Shown here: piece by piece, positions 7,464 to 15,868 of the stretch
Layout: each line of letters begins with the position of its first letter
How positions within the stretch are numbered: the first letter of the stretch is position 1
IMG/VR virus record: IMGVR_UViG_3300044623_000912
Coordinates: 1 to 33,938 of that record
Length of the DNA stretch: 33,938 nt
Source of the DNA: a virus
Taxonomy: Duplodnaviria; Caudoviricetes
Strand: one strand, 5' to 3'
Notes under the pieces: generated by a model
Seen by the model: only the letters and a program-made list of their open reading frames with translations
Told to the model about the DNA's origin: nothing
The model's database searches: none
Program-made: the position numbers and the translations under genes

Positions 7464-7757
7464 ATGGCACGACCGACACACGACATTGTTGCAAGCATGG
7501 GAGAATACACCGCTGGCGATGGCACCAAGAAAAAGCGATACCACCCCTGCGGGAAAGCATTCACCAACGCTAGCGGCCAGATCAGTCTGAAGCTGGATGC
7601 TCTGCCTTGCTCGCCGGAGTGGAGCGGCTGGCTCTCGCTGTACCCGGTGCGCGAGGATGCACCGGCACCGCGTCAAGACCCCCGACCGGCCCGAGGGATG
7701 CCACCTGCACCTGCGGCGGCGGCACCCGATGACGACGATGAAGAAATTCCTTTCTGA
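7464..7757 (+). CDS. Single-stranded DNA-binding protein-like
   Basis: Small beta-rich N-domain, Pro-rich linker, acidic tail DDDDEEIPF. Confidence 0.7.
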   Translation: MARPTHDIVASMGEYTAGDGTKKKRYHPCGKAFTNASGQISLKLDALPCSPEWSGWLSLYPVREDAPAPRQDPRPARGMPPAPAAAAPDDDDEEIPF

Positions 7758-7783
7758 AACCACATCCCTCAACAAGAAAAATC

Positions 7784-8458
7784 ATGGCTGGAGATTGGTT
7801 GAAATTTGAAAAGGTGACCATGGATAAACCCGAGGTATTCGAAATGGCGGGCATCCTTGGGATCGACCCGGACGCGGTGGTCGGTAAGCTGCTGCGGGTG
7901 TGGTCTTGGTTCGATGAGCAGTCACGTTCTGGTCACGCTCCTGTCACGGTGCGAACGCTACTGGAACGCAGAACTGGCGTGACAGGATTTGTGGACGCAA
8001 TGCAGACGGTGGGGTGGATACAAGAACTGAACGGCCGTTTGATATTGCCAAATTACGAACGACACAACGGAGACACTGCAAAATCAAGGTGTTTGGCGAC
8101 CAAGCGGAAACAAAAGTCACGGATTGGTCACGTTGATAGCGTGACAACGCCGCGACAAATTCGCGACCAGAGAAGAGAAGAGAAGAGTATTCTTACTCTT
8201 ACGAGTAAGAATAAGGCGCGTGGTGATGTGAACGAACTGAAATTGTTCGCGGTGGAGATCGGAATGCCGGCCATCGATGGTGAGTCGATGTTCCACCACT
8301 GGGAGGCGAACGGGTGGAAGAACGGCACCAGCCCCGTGAAGGATTGGAAAGCCGGAATTCGCAAGTGGCATAGCCAGGGGTGGCTACCGAGCCAGAAACA
8401 AGCCGGCGCGAAAAGCCACCGGATGAACGGGTATAAAGAAACCATCGAACTGCCATGA
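7784..8458 (+). CDS. Phage replication initiator
   Basis: MAGDWLK...KPEV...AVVGKLLRVWSWFD N-domain; C-terminal HWEANGWK..VKDWKA; contains iterons; upstream of DnaC-like gene. Confidence 0.8.
   Translation: MAGDWLKFEKVTMDKPEVFEMAGILGIDPDAVVGKLLRVWSWFDEQSRSGHAPVTVRTLLERRTGVTGFVDAMQTVGWIQELNGRLILPNYERHNGDTAKSRCLATKRKQKSRIGHVDSVTTPRQIRDQRREEKSILTLTSKNKARGDVNELKLFAVEIGMPAIDGESMFHHWEANGWKNGTSPVKDWKAGIRKWHSQGWLPSQKQAGAKSHRMNGYKETIELP
7921..8213. promoter_or_regulatory. Putative replication origin (iterons, purine tract, palindrome)
   Basis: GTCACG at 7921, 7932, 7943, 8116, 8127; inverted CG(T/C)GAC at 7978, 8140, 8151, 8162; AGAAG repeats 8171-8185; TATTCTTACTC-TTAC-GAGTAAGAATA 8188-8213. Confidence 0.7.
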
Positions 8459-8796
8459 ACACTGACACACCACAAACAACCATTATTCCCGAAATTATCG
8501 ACGAGCCAAACAAGGCGGGATGTTTTAACGATCTGGAAACGATTGGTTATTTAGCTGCTGAAATATCCAGATTGAGAGGAAAACTTAATGAGCTAGAACG
8601 ATGGGAGCAAACAGCGGGGGATAAACTCAGCGAGGTATGTAGGCACATCGAAAAAACAAGAGAAGTCACCGAGCAGCGGGACAGGCTGGCGGAGGCTATC
8701 AGTCGCACCCTAGAACTCACAACTCACGACGACATCTATTGGGCAATCGAGGAAATCGGTCGCCTCTGCGAAACAACCAACCCAAACAACCCATGA
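8455..8796 (+). CDS. Hypothetical coiled-coil protein, AT-richer than neighbours
   Basis: ATGA coupled at both ends; EQRDRLAEA heptads. Confidence 0.6.
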   Translation: MNTDTPQTTIIPEIIDEPNKAGCFNDLETIGYLAAEISRLRGKLNELERWEQTAGDKLSEVCRHIEKTREVTEQRDRLAEAISRTLELTTHDDIYWAIEEIGRLCETTNPNNP

Positions 8797-9476
8797 AAAT
8801 TAGCGAACTGCTGGATATCAATCGGATTGATGCGCTCATCGAGGCCGCGCCGGAGTCTGTGGAGATGACGGTGGAGGAAGTTGCGGAGGCTGCGGAGGCG
8901 GCGTGGGTCAAGGCGCGTGACCGTCGGCACCTGCAAGTGCTGGGCATGGCCACGGGATGGCCTGCCAAGTACCTGGCGGCGGTGAAAGTGGCGCCCTATG
9001 GGGCACCGTGGCTAGCGGCGCTGGAGGTGGCCGCGGACCGGGTGAAGCGAAAGGGGATCGTGGTGCTCTACGGGAAACGCGGGAATGGCAAGACGCGGAT
9101 GGCGGCCGAGCTGTGCCTGCTGGGCGAGAGTTCCTGCTACCGGACTGCGATGAGATTTTTCCTCGAGGTGCGTGCGACCTTTAGGAAAGACTCGGTGAGA
9201 TCCGAAATGGACATCATCGAGGATTTGGTGCGGCCTGCGTTGCTGGTGCTGGATGAGATGCAGGAGAGGGGGGATACGCCCTTCGAGCACCGATTGCTGA
9301 CTCATGTCATCGATGCTCGCTACGCGGCCGAGAGGCCCACCGTATTGATCGCTAACCTGACCAAGGCGGAGCTCACTGACTCGCTGGGCCCGAGCATCGT
9401 AGACCGGGCTCGCGAGAACGGGAAATCCATTGAATTTGACTGGGCATCATACCGCAACCCAAGCACCCAACCATGA
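8793..9476 (+). CDS. DnaC/IstB-like AAA+ helicase loader
   Basis: Walker A GKRGNGKT, Walker B LLVLDE, PTVLIANL, IVDR; ATG 8793 overlaps previous stop. Confidence 0.9.
   Translation: MKISELLDINRIDALIEAAPESVEMTVEEVAEAAEAAWVKARDRRHLQVLGMATGWPAKYLAAVKVAPYGAPWLAALEVAADRVKRKGIVVLYGKRGNGKTRMAAELCLLGESSCYRTAMRFFLEVRATFRKDSVRSEMDIIEDLVRPALLVLDEMQERGDTPFEHRLLTHVIDARYAAERPTVLIANLTKAELTDSLGPSIVDRARENGKSIEFDWASYRNPSTQP
9372..9392 (+). repeat. 21-bp exact direct repeat, copy 2 (within DnaC-like gene, codons LTDSLGP)
   Basis: Identical to 3762-3782. Confidence 0.95.
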
Positions 9477-9862
9477 GCACTGCACTTGACCAACTTGAAT
9501 TTGAGGAAATGATTGCCGGGATGCAGCTCGCGGTGGCGCGGCTCCAGCGCAAGCCACGCAAGATGCTGGCCGTGGCGGCGGTGAGTCCTGAGAACTTCGC
9601 GGTGGTGCTGCTGCGGGCGGTGACCGAGGAGAATCTGTCGTTTGCGTGCTACGCGGTGATGGTGGCAGTTTCGAGATTTGAGACGCCAACGCTCGCGGGG
9701 ATTGCAATCGAGTGCGGATACAGCTACCATGCGACGCGGCACATTGTGCTGCGAACGCATTACATGGTCAAGATAGACGGGGTGCCGGTGGGTCTGCGAC
9801 TCACGCCCGAAGGCACCGAGAAACTGGCAAGAGTCTCCAAACGATTATCCCGATATGTCTGA
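9473..9862 (+). CDS. MarR-like winged-helix protein, candidate late regulator
   Basis: TLAGIAIECGYSYHATRHIV HTH and LRLTPEG wing; last gene before the terminases. Confidence 0.55.
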   Translation: MSTALDQLEFEEMIAGMQLAVARLQRKPRKMLAVAAVSPENFAVVLLRAVTEENLSFACYAVMVAVSRFETPTLAGIAIECGYSYHATRHIVLRTHYMVKIDGVPVGLRLTPEGTEKLARVSKRLSRYV

Positions 9863-10352
9863 ACTCATTCCTATTCCGAAAGATCCGCGGCACGTCCGAT
9901 TTGCTGACTTCATCCTCGATGGCGTGGGTGCTGCAAGTGCTTACCGCAAAGCGGGTTACACCGCAAAGAATGCTCAAGTGGCGAGCGCCGGAAGCACCCG
10001 ACTGTTGAAAAATGTTAGCATCGCAACATATCTGAGCGCGATGCGTCAGAAGGCGGCGGCGGGCAAGGTGCTGACCATGCAGGCGAAGCGGGAGTTCCTT
10101 TGCCGGATCGTCACGACTCCGCTGATGGGGATAGACCCGCGTGGGCCGGACGGGGATTTGATATTGCGGTACAAGAACACCATCACCGATTCTGGAGGGA
10201 GTGAGGAGATTGTGAAGCTGGATCCGCTCAAGGCGATTGACCTGGACAACAAGCTGAGTGGTGACGACCCAGAATCCGCGGCGCTCGGGAGTCTGGCGCA
10301 AGCCCTGGCGGGGCTGGGTGGCGGGATGGTGGTGGGCGATGACCGGATGTGA
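9855..10352 (+). CDS. terS: Terminase small subunit
   Basis: F...LDG..AASAYRKAGY...A....RLLKN motif; precedes TerL. Confidence 0.9.
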   Translation: MSELIPIPKDPRHVRFADFILDGVGAASAYRKAGYTAKNAQVASAGSTRLLKNVSIATYLSAMRQKAAAGKVLTMQAKREFLCRIVTTPLMGIDPRGPDGDLILRYKNTITDSGGSEEIVKLDPLKAIDLDNKLSGDDPESAALGSLAQALAGLGGGMVVGDDRM

Positions 10353-11959
10353 CCATGATGGGTCTTCAGAACACTCCTCTAGCATCGCGGGCGTGGAGGT
10401 TGAAGAACCTTTACACGATCCGGGATGCGGACGGGGTGCTGGTTTCGTTCACTCCGAACGACGCGCAGAAGGAATTTTACAACCGGATGTGGTACTGCAA
10501 CCACGTCTTGAAAGCACGGAAGCTGGGGTTCTCGACGTTCATCGAGATCATTTTTCTGGATGACCTGTTGTTTTCGCCCACTGGGCTGAGTGTCGGCATC
10601 ATCGACTACACGCTCGACGACGCCGAGAGCAAGCTGGGCATGATGCTCACGGCCTATGAGAATCTGGACAACGGCGACCTGCACCCGGAGACGTGGCAGG
10701 CGGGCAAGATCATCAAGCGGGCGGTGCCATTGGTGGCTAGGGCGACGAAGAAGCTGACGTGGGGAAATGGATCGATGGCCAAGTGCTCGACCGCGCTGCG
10801 GGGTGCGACGCCGCAACGGCTCCATGTGAGCGAGCTCGGCAAGACCGCGATCTGGGCCCCGATCAAGGCGAGGGAAATCATCAACGGTGCGTTCAACTCA
10901 ATGACGCCGGGGAATGTGCGGAACATCGAGAGCACCCACGAGGGCGCCAAGGTGGGCGAGCACTACCGACTGGTGAACCAAGCGATGCGAAATGACGACG
11001 CCAACCTGACCAGCGTGCAGAGCAGGTTTCATTTTTTCCCATGGTTCCAAGACACTCGCTACGTCCTGCCGACTGGTGGCCACAAGCTCCGAGCGGAGAT
11101 GCTCGAATATTTTTCCCGGCTTGAGCGGGACAACGGCATCCGGCTGAGTGCCGAGCAACAACTTTGGTATGACCACAAGCACCGAGAACAGGGACACGGC
11201 ATGAAGAAGGAATTTCCAAGTACGCCAGGGGAAGCGTTCGAGGCCATCGCGGAAGGGGCGATCTACGGGCGGCAGATGGCAGACCTGCGGGCGGGGGGAC
11301 GGATCTGCGACTTCGGGGCGGAGGCGAACTTGCCGATGTTTACGTTCTCGGACATCGGGCTTTCCGACTACTATTCCGATTGGTTGATTCAGCCGGTGGG
11401 GCGATATTTCCTTGTGCTCGATTGGTTCGAGGCCGAGGGCGTGCCCGGATCTGGGGTGCCGGATCACTGGCTGCGCTGGGAAAACAAGTGGGGCAAGCCG
11501 ATCTCCAAGCACTACCTGCCGCACGATGCGGACACCCGTGCCCCTGGGAGCGGGAAAAGCTACGTCACCGAGATCCGCGATGCGGGCCGGCACTCGGTGG
11601 GGATCGTCCCACGGACGCCGGACAAGTGGCTGGGGATTGGCTACGTTCGTGATATTCTGCCCCATTGCTGGTTCAATAAAACCAACTGCGACACCTCCCG
11701 AAACTCGGATGGCAGCACCCACCAGGCGGATGACAGCCAAGAGGACTACCCGAGCGGGGTGGCCTGCTTGGAGGGCTACTCCAGGGACATAGGCGCGGCG
11801 GCGGGGATGAGGCTGCGGGAGATGCCCAAGCATGATCTATTCAGTCACAGCGCCGATGCGTTCCGAACCTTCGCGGAGGCTTGGCGGCGGGGGATGGTGA
11901 GCGCCGGTGACTCGGCGCCACCGAGAGCGGTGGGCGGAATGGTGAGGGGGCGGCGATGA
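10349..11959 (+). CDS. terL: Terminase large subunit
   Basis: Walker A KARKLGFST, Walker B LHVSE, motif EST, nuclease DIG...HYLPHD...HSADAFR. Confidence 0.95.
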   Translation: MTMMGLQNTPLASRAWRLKNLYTIRDADGVLVSFTPNDAQKEFYNRMWYCNHVLKARKLGFSTFIEIIFLDDLLFSPTGLSVGIIDYTLDDAESKLGMMLTAYENLDNGDLHPETWQAGKIIKRAVPLVARATKKLTWGNGSMAKCSTALRGATPQRLHVSELGKTAIWAPIKAREIINGAFNSMTPGNVRNIESTHEGAKVGEHYRLVNQAMRNDDANLTSVQSRFHFFPWFQDTRYVLPTGGHKLRAEMLEYFSRLERDNGIRLSAEQQLWYDHKHREQGHGMKKEFPSTPGEAFEAIAEGAIYGRQMADLRAGGRICDFGAEANLPMFTFSDIGLSDYYSDWLIQPVGRYFLVLDWFEAEGVPGSGVPDHWLRWENKWGKPISKHYLPHDADTRAPGSGKSYVTEIRDAGRHSVGIVPRTPDKWLGIGYVRDILPHCWFNKTNCDTSRNSDGSTHQADDSQEDYPSGVACLEGYSRDIGAAAGMRLREMPKHDLFSHSADAFRTFAEAWRRGMVSAGDSAPPRAVGGMVRGRR

Positions 11960-12354
11960 ATGCTTACCTCACCGCCTTCGAGGAATACGAAAAGCACGAC
12001 CGCGAGGTGAGCTGGACGGATGCGCTGGATTATCATTTCCAGCGGGGGGCGGTGATTTCTCTGCCGAGGTGCTTTGTGATGTGCCGTCCGGTGCGGATGG
12101 AGTGGCCGGATGAAATCCACACGAGTTTGACGACGTACGGCGCGGGCTGGACGCATGACAGCTGGCATGTGTGGTGTGTGGCGGGGGATCTGCGGGAGTT
12201 GCTCGCCCTGGCAATGGCCCACGGGGTGAAGCATGTGACCTACCAGCGGCATGATGCCCAGACTCTGCGGCGGGCAAACATTGCCCAACTGTCCAAGCGG
12301 ATTTCCAGAGGCGGCTTGCTAGTGTGCGAGCATGAAAGCGCCGAAGCCACCTAA
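11956..12354 (+). CDS. Hypothetical protein, possibly GNAT-like fold
   Basis: Coupled to terL; WHVWCVAGDLRELL pattern; fold is a guess. Confidence 0.5.
   Translation: MNAYLTAFEEYEKHDREVSWTDALDYHFQRGAVISLPRCFVMCRPVRMEWPDEIHTSLTTYGAGWTHDSWHVWCVAGDLRELLALAMAHGVKHVTYQRHDAQTLRRANIAQLSKRISRGGLLVCEHESAEAT
12281..12325 (+). promoter_or_regulatory. Late-promoter motif copy 1 (leaderless)
   Basis: TTGCCCAAC-TGTCCAA-N23-TAGTGT, 6 nt, then ATG 12332. Confidence 0.6.
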
Positions 12355-12532
12355 ATTGCCTGCCGTGATTCCGCCACCGCCGCCGGTGTCTGCCACGGCC
12401 ACCGATGTTTCCGCTGCGTCCAGAGACGCAAAGCAACGCGACAAAAAGAACTATGGGTTCGATAAAACAATCTACCGCGCCGGCGGAATGAGCACTCTAC
12501 CGCCGGGAACCTCACCCACGCTGGGCAAATGA
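12332..12532 (+). CDS. Small pre-portal virion protein
   Basis: Pro-rich N-terminus and C-terminal TLG, typical of the small gene preceding podovirus portals. Confidence 0.7.
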   Translation: MKAPKPPKLPAVIPPPPPVSATATDVSAASRDAKQRDKKNYGFDKTIYRAGGMSTLPPGTSPTLGK

Positions 12533-14181
12533 GCGAATGCTACGAATTGCTGGCTCATTGTGAGTCGATGGACGCGCAACGCAGGCCATGGGAAGGGCTG
12601 TGGGAGGAACTGGCCAAGGTGGTGCATCCACGGCGGTCGATGATTGCGTCGAGCTACCGGAATGCGTCGCTCTCTCCCGATTCCTCGAGGGATGAAGAAT
12701 CATTCGACGGCACCGCGATGCGCTCGCTGAGGACGTTGGCCACGGGAGTATCTGCCCGGGTGACGCCGCAGGGCGCGAGGTGGTTCGGGATGAAGCCAGA
12801 GGATGGGGTGAAAGCCTCTGACGCCGGGCATTCGTTCTATCACCGAGCCTCGGACACGGTGGCCCAGCAAATCCGCAAATCCAATTTTCATACCGCCGCC
12901 ACCGAGCACTATCTGGACCGAGGGGCATTCGGCACCGCGGCCACCGAGGTGCGCGAGGGCAAGAATGGCAAGGGGCTGTATTTTGAGGCGTACCCGGTGG
13001 GGACGTACAGCATCGAGGAGGATGAGAATGGCGAGGTGGACACGGTCTGCCGGACGCTGTGGATGACTCCCAAGCAACTCAAGCAACGCTACGGCAAGAT
13101 CCCCGAATCCATCGAGAAGAAGATGGAAGACCCGCGCGAGCGGACGCTTCCGCTCGAGGTCAAACGACTGATCCGCCCGCGGATGGATCGTGACCCGCGC
13201 AAGGTGGACGGGAAAAATAAGGCGTGGGAAAGTTTCCATATTTTGGTCAAAGAGAAATTCATCCTGGCGGAAGAGGGCTACGATGAATTCCCGGTGGCGG
13301 TGTCCCGCTGGGAGCGCTGGGGCAACAGTCCCTATGGGTGGCCACCAAGCTACATGGCGCTTCGCGAGGCGACGCAGGCGAATTTCATCGAGATGATGTT
13401 GGACACGCTGGCCGAAACGGCGGCGTTTCCTCGGGTGCTATACCCTGCGAACATCAAAGGGGATGTGAATTTCCGTGCGCTCGGTCTGACCTGCTATGAT
13501 CCGAGCAATGGCCACAAGCCGGAAGAGTGGCTCACCAATGGTCGCTACGACATCGGCAAGGACAGGCTGGCCGACAAGCGCAAGGCCATCGAGGACGCGT
13601 TCTATGTGCCGCTGTTCAATGGGATTTCCCAGCTGGGAAGCGATGCCACCGCCGAGCAGGTGCGTGCGCTGGTTTCTGAGTCCCGCGAATTGTTCCACCC
13701 GATCCTCGCCGGGCTTACCCGCGAGTTCCTTTCCCCGATCATCCGCCGGAGTTTTTCCATCGGCCTGCGGCAAGGGCTCATTGAGCGACCACCTGATGAG
13801 CTTCTCGTGCGGGGCGAGCTGGGACTCTACCTCGAGGATCCCGGCGTTGAATTCACGTCTCCCATGGCGTTGGCGCTCGAGCAGAGCCAACTTGCCAACT
13901 TCGCGGATGCGATAAACGTCATGTCCATCGGGGCGCAGTTTAACCCGAGCGTGTTTGATTTCGTCAACTGGGGCACCATCGGCCCAGCATTCTTCCGCTA
14001 CAAGGGACTGCCCGAGAATTTCATCCTACCGGCGGAGGGCATCCAAGCCATCCAAGAGGGACGTGCGATGCAGGCCCAAGCGGCCATGGCCCAGCAAGCG
14101 GCCGGCGCGGTGAACCAACTCGGCGGCGCCCAAGGCCTCTCGGATCTTTCCGAGCTGCAACCGCCAGAGGAAGCCGCGTGA
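12529..14181 (+). CDS. Portal (head-tail connector), T7 gp8-like
   Basis: FDGTA...WF, FGTA, P..VSRW...YG, TAEQV motifs; 550 aa. Confidence 0.95.
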   Translation: MSECYELLAHCESMDAQRRPWEGLWEELAKVVHPRRSMIASSYRNASLSPDSSRDEESFDGTAMRSLRTLATGVSARVTPQGARWFGMKPEDGVKASDAGHSFYHRASDTVAQQIRKSNFHTAATEHYLDRGAFGTAATEVREGKNGKGLYFEAYPVGTYSIEEDENGEVDTVCRTLWMTPKQLKQRYGKIPESIEKKMEDPRERTLPLEVKRLIRPRMDRDPRKVDGKNKAWESFHILVKEKFILAEEGYDEFPVAVSRWERWGNSPYGWPPSYMALREATQANFIEMMLDTLAETAAFPRVLYPANIKGDVNFRALGLTCYDPSNGHKPEEWLTNGRYDIGKDRLADKRKAIEDAFYVPLFNGISQLGSDATAEQVRALVSESRELFHPILAGLTREFLSPIIRRSFSIGLRQGLIERPPDELLVRGELGLYLEDPGVEFTSPMALALEQSQLANFADAINVMSIGAQFNPSVFDFVNWGTIGPAFFRYKGLPENFILPAEGIQAIQEGRAMQAQAAMAQQAAGAVNQLGGAQGLSDLSELQPPEEAA

Positions 14182-14188
14182 TTTTTCC

Positions 14189-14494
14189 ATGACGACCAAA
14201 GACCATGCCAAGCAAGAAAGCCAGAACCGTGACTCCATCACCCGAGCACAACAATCCATCCTCTCCGACTACCGAGCCACGTTTGGATCCGATGCCGGAA
14301 AGCGAGTGCTTGAATCCCTCAAGCACCTTGCCGGACACGGGAAGCCTGCCTACTTACCAACCGCCGGGGGTGTCATCGACCCCTACGCCACCCACGTCCG
14401 CGTCGGGAGACAAAGCATCGTTGACGAAATCCTCGCCAACCTCGCCACCGCCGAAGATGCCAGCGCCGATACCGGCCCAGGTGCCGTCAAGTGA
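14189..14494 (+). CDS. Bbp19-like small head-associated protein
   Basis: Y..TFGS..GKRVL..L ... GRQSIV pattern after the portal. Confidence 0.75.
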   Translation: MTTKDHAKQESQNRDSITRAQQSILSDYRATFGSDAGKRVLESLKHLAGHGKPAYLPTAGGVIDPYATHVRVGRQSIVDEILANLATAEDASADTGPGAVK

Positions 14495-14687
14495 GTGCCC
14501 CCCCGCCAAGTGCCCGGTGCAGGGTGAGGGCGGGGCGGATTATCTCAACTGGTCGAGTGTCCATTACGACGACACTCGGTTCTTGGAAACCTACCAATCA
14601 CGAGCTCAACACATGATCAAGCTGCACGGTGACAAGCTCACCTCGGTGGCCATTGCGAGACTGAACTCGCTCCCGATTTACTATTAA
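14457..14687 (+). CDS. Hypothetical protein (start uncertain; frame open from ATG 14205)
   Basis: Fills the gap before the scaffold gene; protein-like C-terminal half. Confidence 0.5.
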   Translation: MPAPIPAQVPSSECPPAKCPVQGEGGADYLNWSSVHYDDTRFLETYQSRAQHMIKLHGDKLTSVAIARLNSLPIYY

Positions 14688-14691
14688 AAAC

Positions 14692-15573
14692 ATGAAACAA
14701 CGATTCCAAAGACTACACAATGAAGCCGTCCTTGAGGGCGGCGATGGCGGTGGGGATGGCGGCGGCGCTGCGGCGGCTACGATCACCCCACCGGTGCATT
14801 TCAATCCAGACGGGAGTTTCTCCGAGGGCTGGACTAGCGGGCTCGGGGATGAGTTCTCCCCTCATGCCGACGCGCTGAAAGATTTCAAGGATGTCAAAGG
14901 GCTCGCCAAGAGTTACCTGCATTTCCGCAAGACTGGCCCCGCTTACCCTGGGGAATCCTCTACGCCGGAGGAAGTCTCCCGCTACCAAGCGCTGGCCCAG
15001 GTGCCCACCGAGGGCTCGCCCACGGGATACGGCGTGACTCTGCCAGAAGGTGCCAGCGATCTAGACCGCGAGGTGCTGGATCGGATCACCGCCATCGCTC
15101 AGAAAAACCATGCCAGTGCCCCAGCGGTGCGGGCGATGGTGGCCGAGTACCAAACCATCCAGGCGGAGGCGGCCCAAGCGTTTGCCGACGAGGCCGCCAA
15201 GGTGCAGAAGGCGGCACAGGACGATCTGGTGGCCGCATGGCGCGGAGACTTCGAGACGAACAAATCCACGGTGCGTCACCTGGCGACAACCTTGGCATCC
15301 CAAGCCGGGATCAATCCGGATGACCCATCATTTGCGAACATGGTTTCCAACCCTGCCTTTGGCAAGATGATGCTGGAAGTCTCCAAGCTCACGCGCGAGG
15401 ACGGCATCCGCACCCCTGCCGGCATGGGCGACCTCCGCAGTCCGCGCCAAGTGGCGGATTCCATCATGGATGGATCTGACCCGGTGTGGGGCCAGAAATG
15501 GAAAGATGGCGACCACGATGAACGTCTCGCCGCGTACCAAGAGGTGGCCCGCCTGCTGAATAAAGTTTCTTGA
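14692..15573 (+). CDS. Capsid scaffolding protein
   Basis: FKDVKGLAKSY, P.....Y, L...W..DF..N motifs; between portal and capsid. Confidence 0.85.
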   Translation: MKQRFQRLHNEAVLEGGDGGGDGGGAAAATITPPVHFNPDGSFSEGWTSGLGDEFSPHADALKDFKDVKGLAKSYLHFRKTGPAYPGESSTPEEVSRYQALAQVPTEGSPTGYGVTLPEGASDLDREVLDRITAIAQKNHASAPAVRAMVAEYQTIQAEAAQAFADEAAKVQKAAQDDLVAAWRGDFETNKSTVRHLATTLASQAGINPDDPSFANMVSNPAFGKMMLEVSKLTREDGIRTPAGMGDLRSPRQVADSIMDGSDPVWGQKWKDGDHDERLAAYQEVARLLNKVS

Positions 15574-15584
15574 GAGGGAAAGCG

Positions 15585-15649
15585 AGCCGGAAGGAAACAG
15601 TCAAAAGCGAGTGCCTTGACTGGCCCAAGTGGGAACCTTCCGGCTTTTT
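15585..15649 (+). terminator. Branched (three-way junction) terminator-like RNA
   Basis: AGCCGGAAGG/CCTTCCGGCT closing stem enclosing CAGTCAA/TTGACTG and CCC/GGG hairpins, followed by a T-run. Confidence 0.6.
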
Positions 15650-15667
15650 CGTGCCTAGGTGGCAGGG

Positions 15668-15712
15668 TTTGCCGTCTGTTCAATCGCGAAATATTTGGGA
15701 TTCCCTCATGTT
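15668..15712 (+). promoter_or_regulatory. Late-promoter motif copy 2 (capsid)
   Basis: TTTGCCGTC-TGTTCAA-N23-CATGTT. Confidence 0.5.
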
Positions 15713-15727
15713 TCGTCCGTGGCCCAG

Positions 15728-15813
15728 CCATGGACTATTTCCGCAAGGAAACCCAATGGAAGACGCCACCGCCACGCGGGCGATAACGCGTAGGCGATGA
15801 CCCGCGTGTGCGG
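15728..15813 (+). ncRNA. Structured capsid mRNA leader
   Basis: TTTCC-GCAA-GGAAA GNRA hairpin; CCGC-CACGCGGG/CCCGCGTG-T-GCGG stem with GA-rich internal loop. Confidence 0.45.
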
Positions 15814-15868
15814 CCTATCGGAACCGGAACCATCAAAGATTCCTTAATCCAATAGAAAACACACTATC

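Noticed and set aside
15585-15649. Hammerhead ribozyme
   Set aside because: Three-way junction with GAAA, but no CUGANGA core on either strand.
15660-15675. Sigma-54 promoter (TGGCAGGGTTTGC)
   Set aside because: GG-to-GC spacing is 8, not the required 10.
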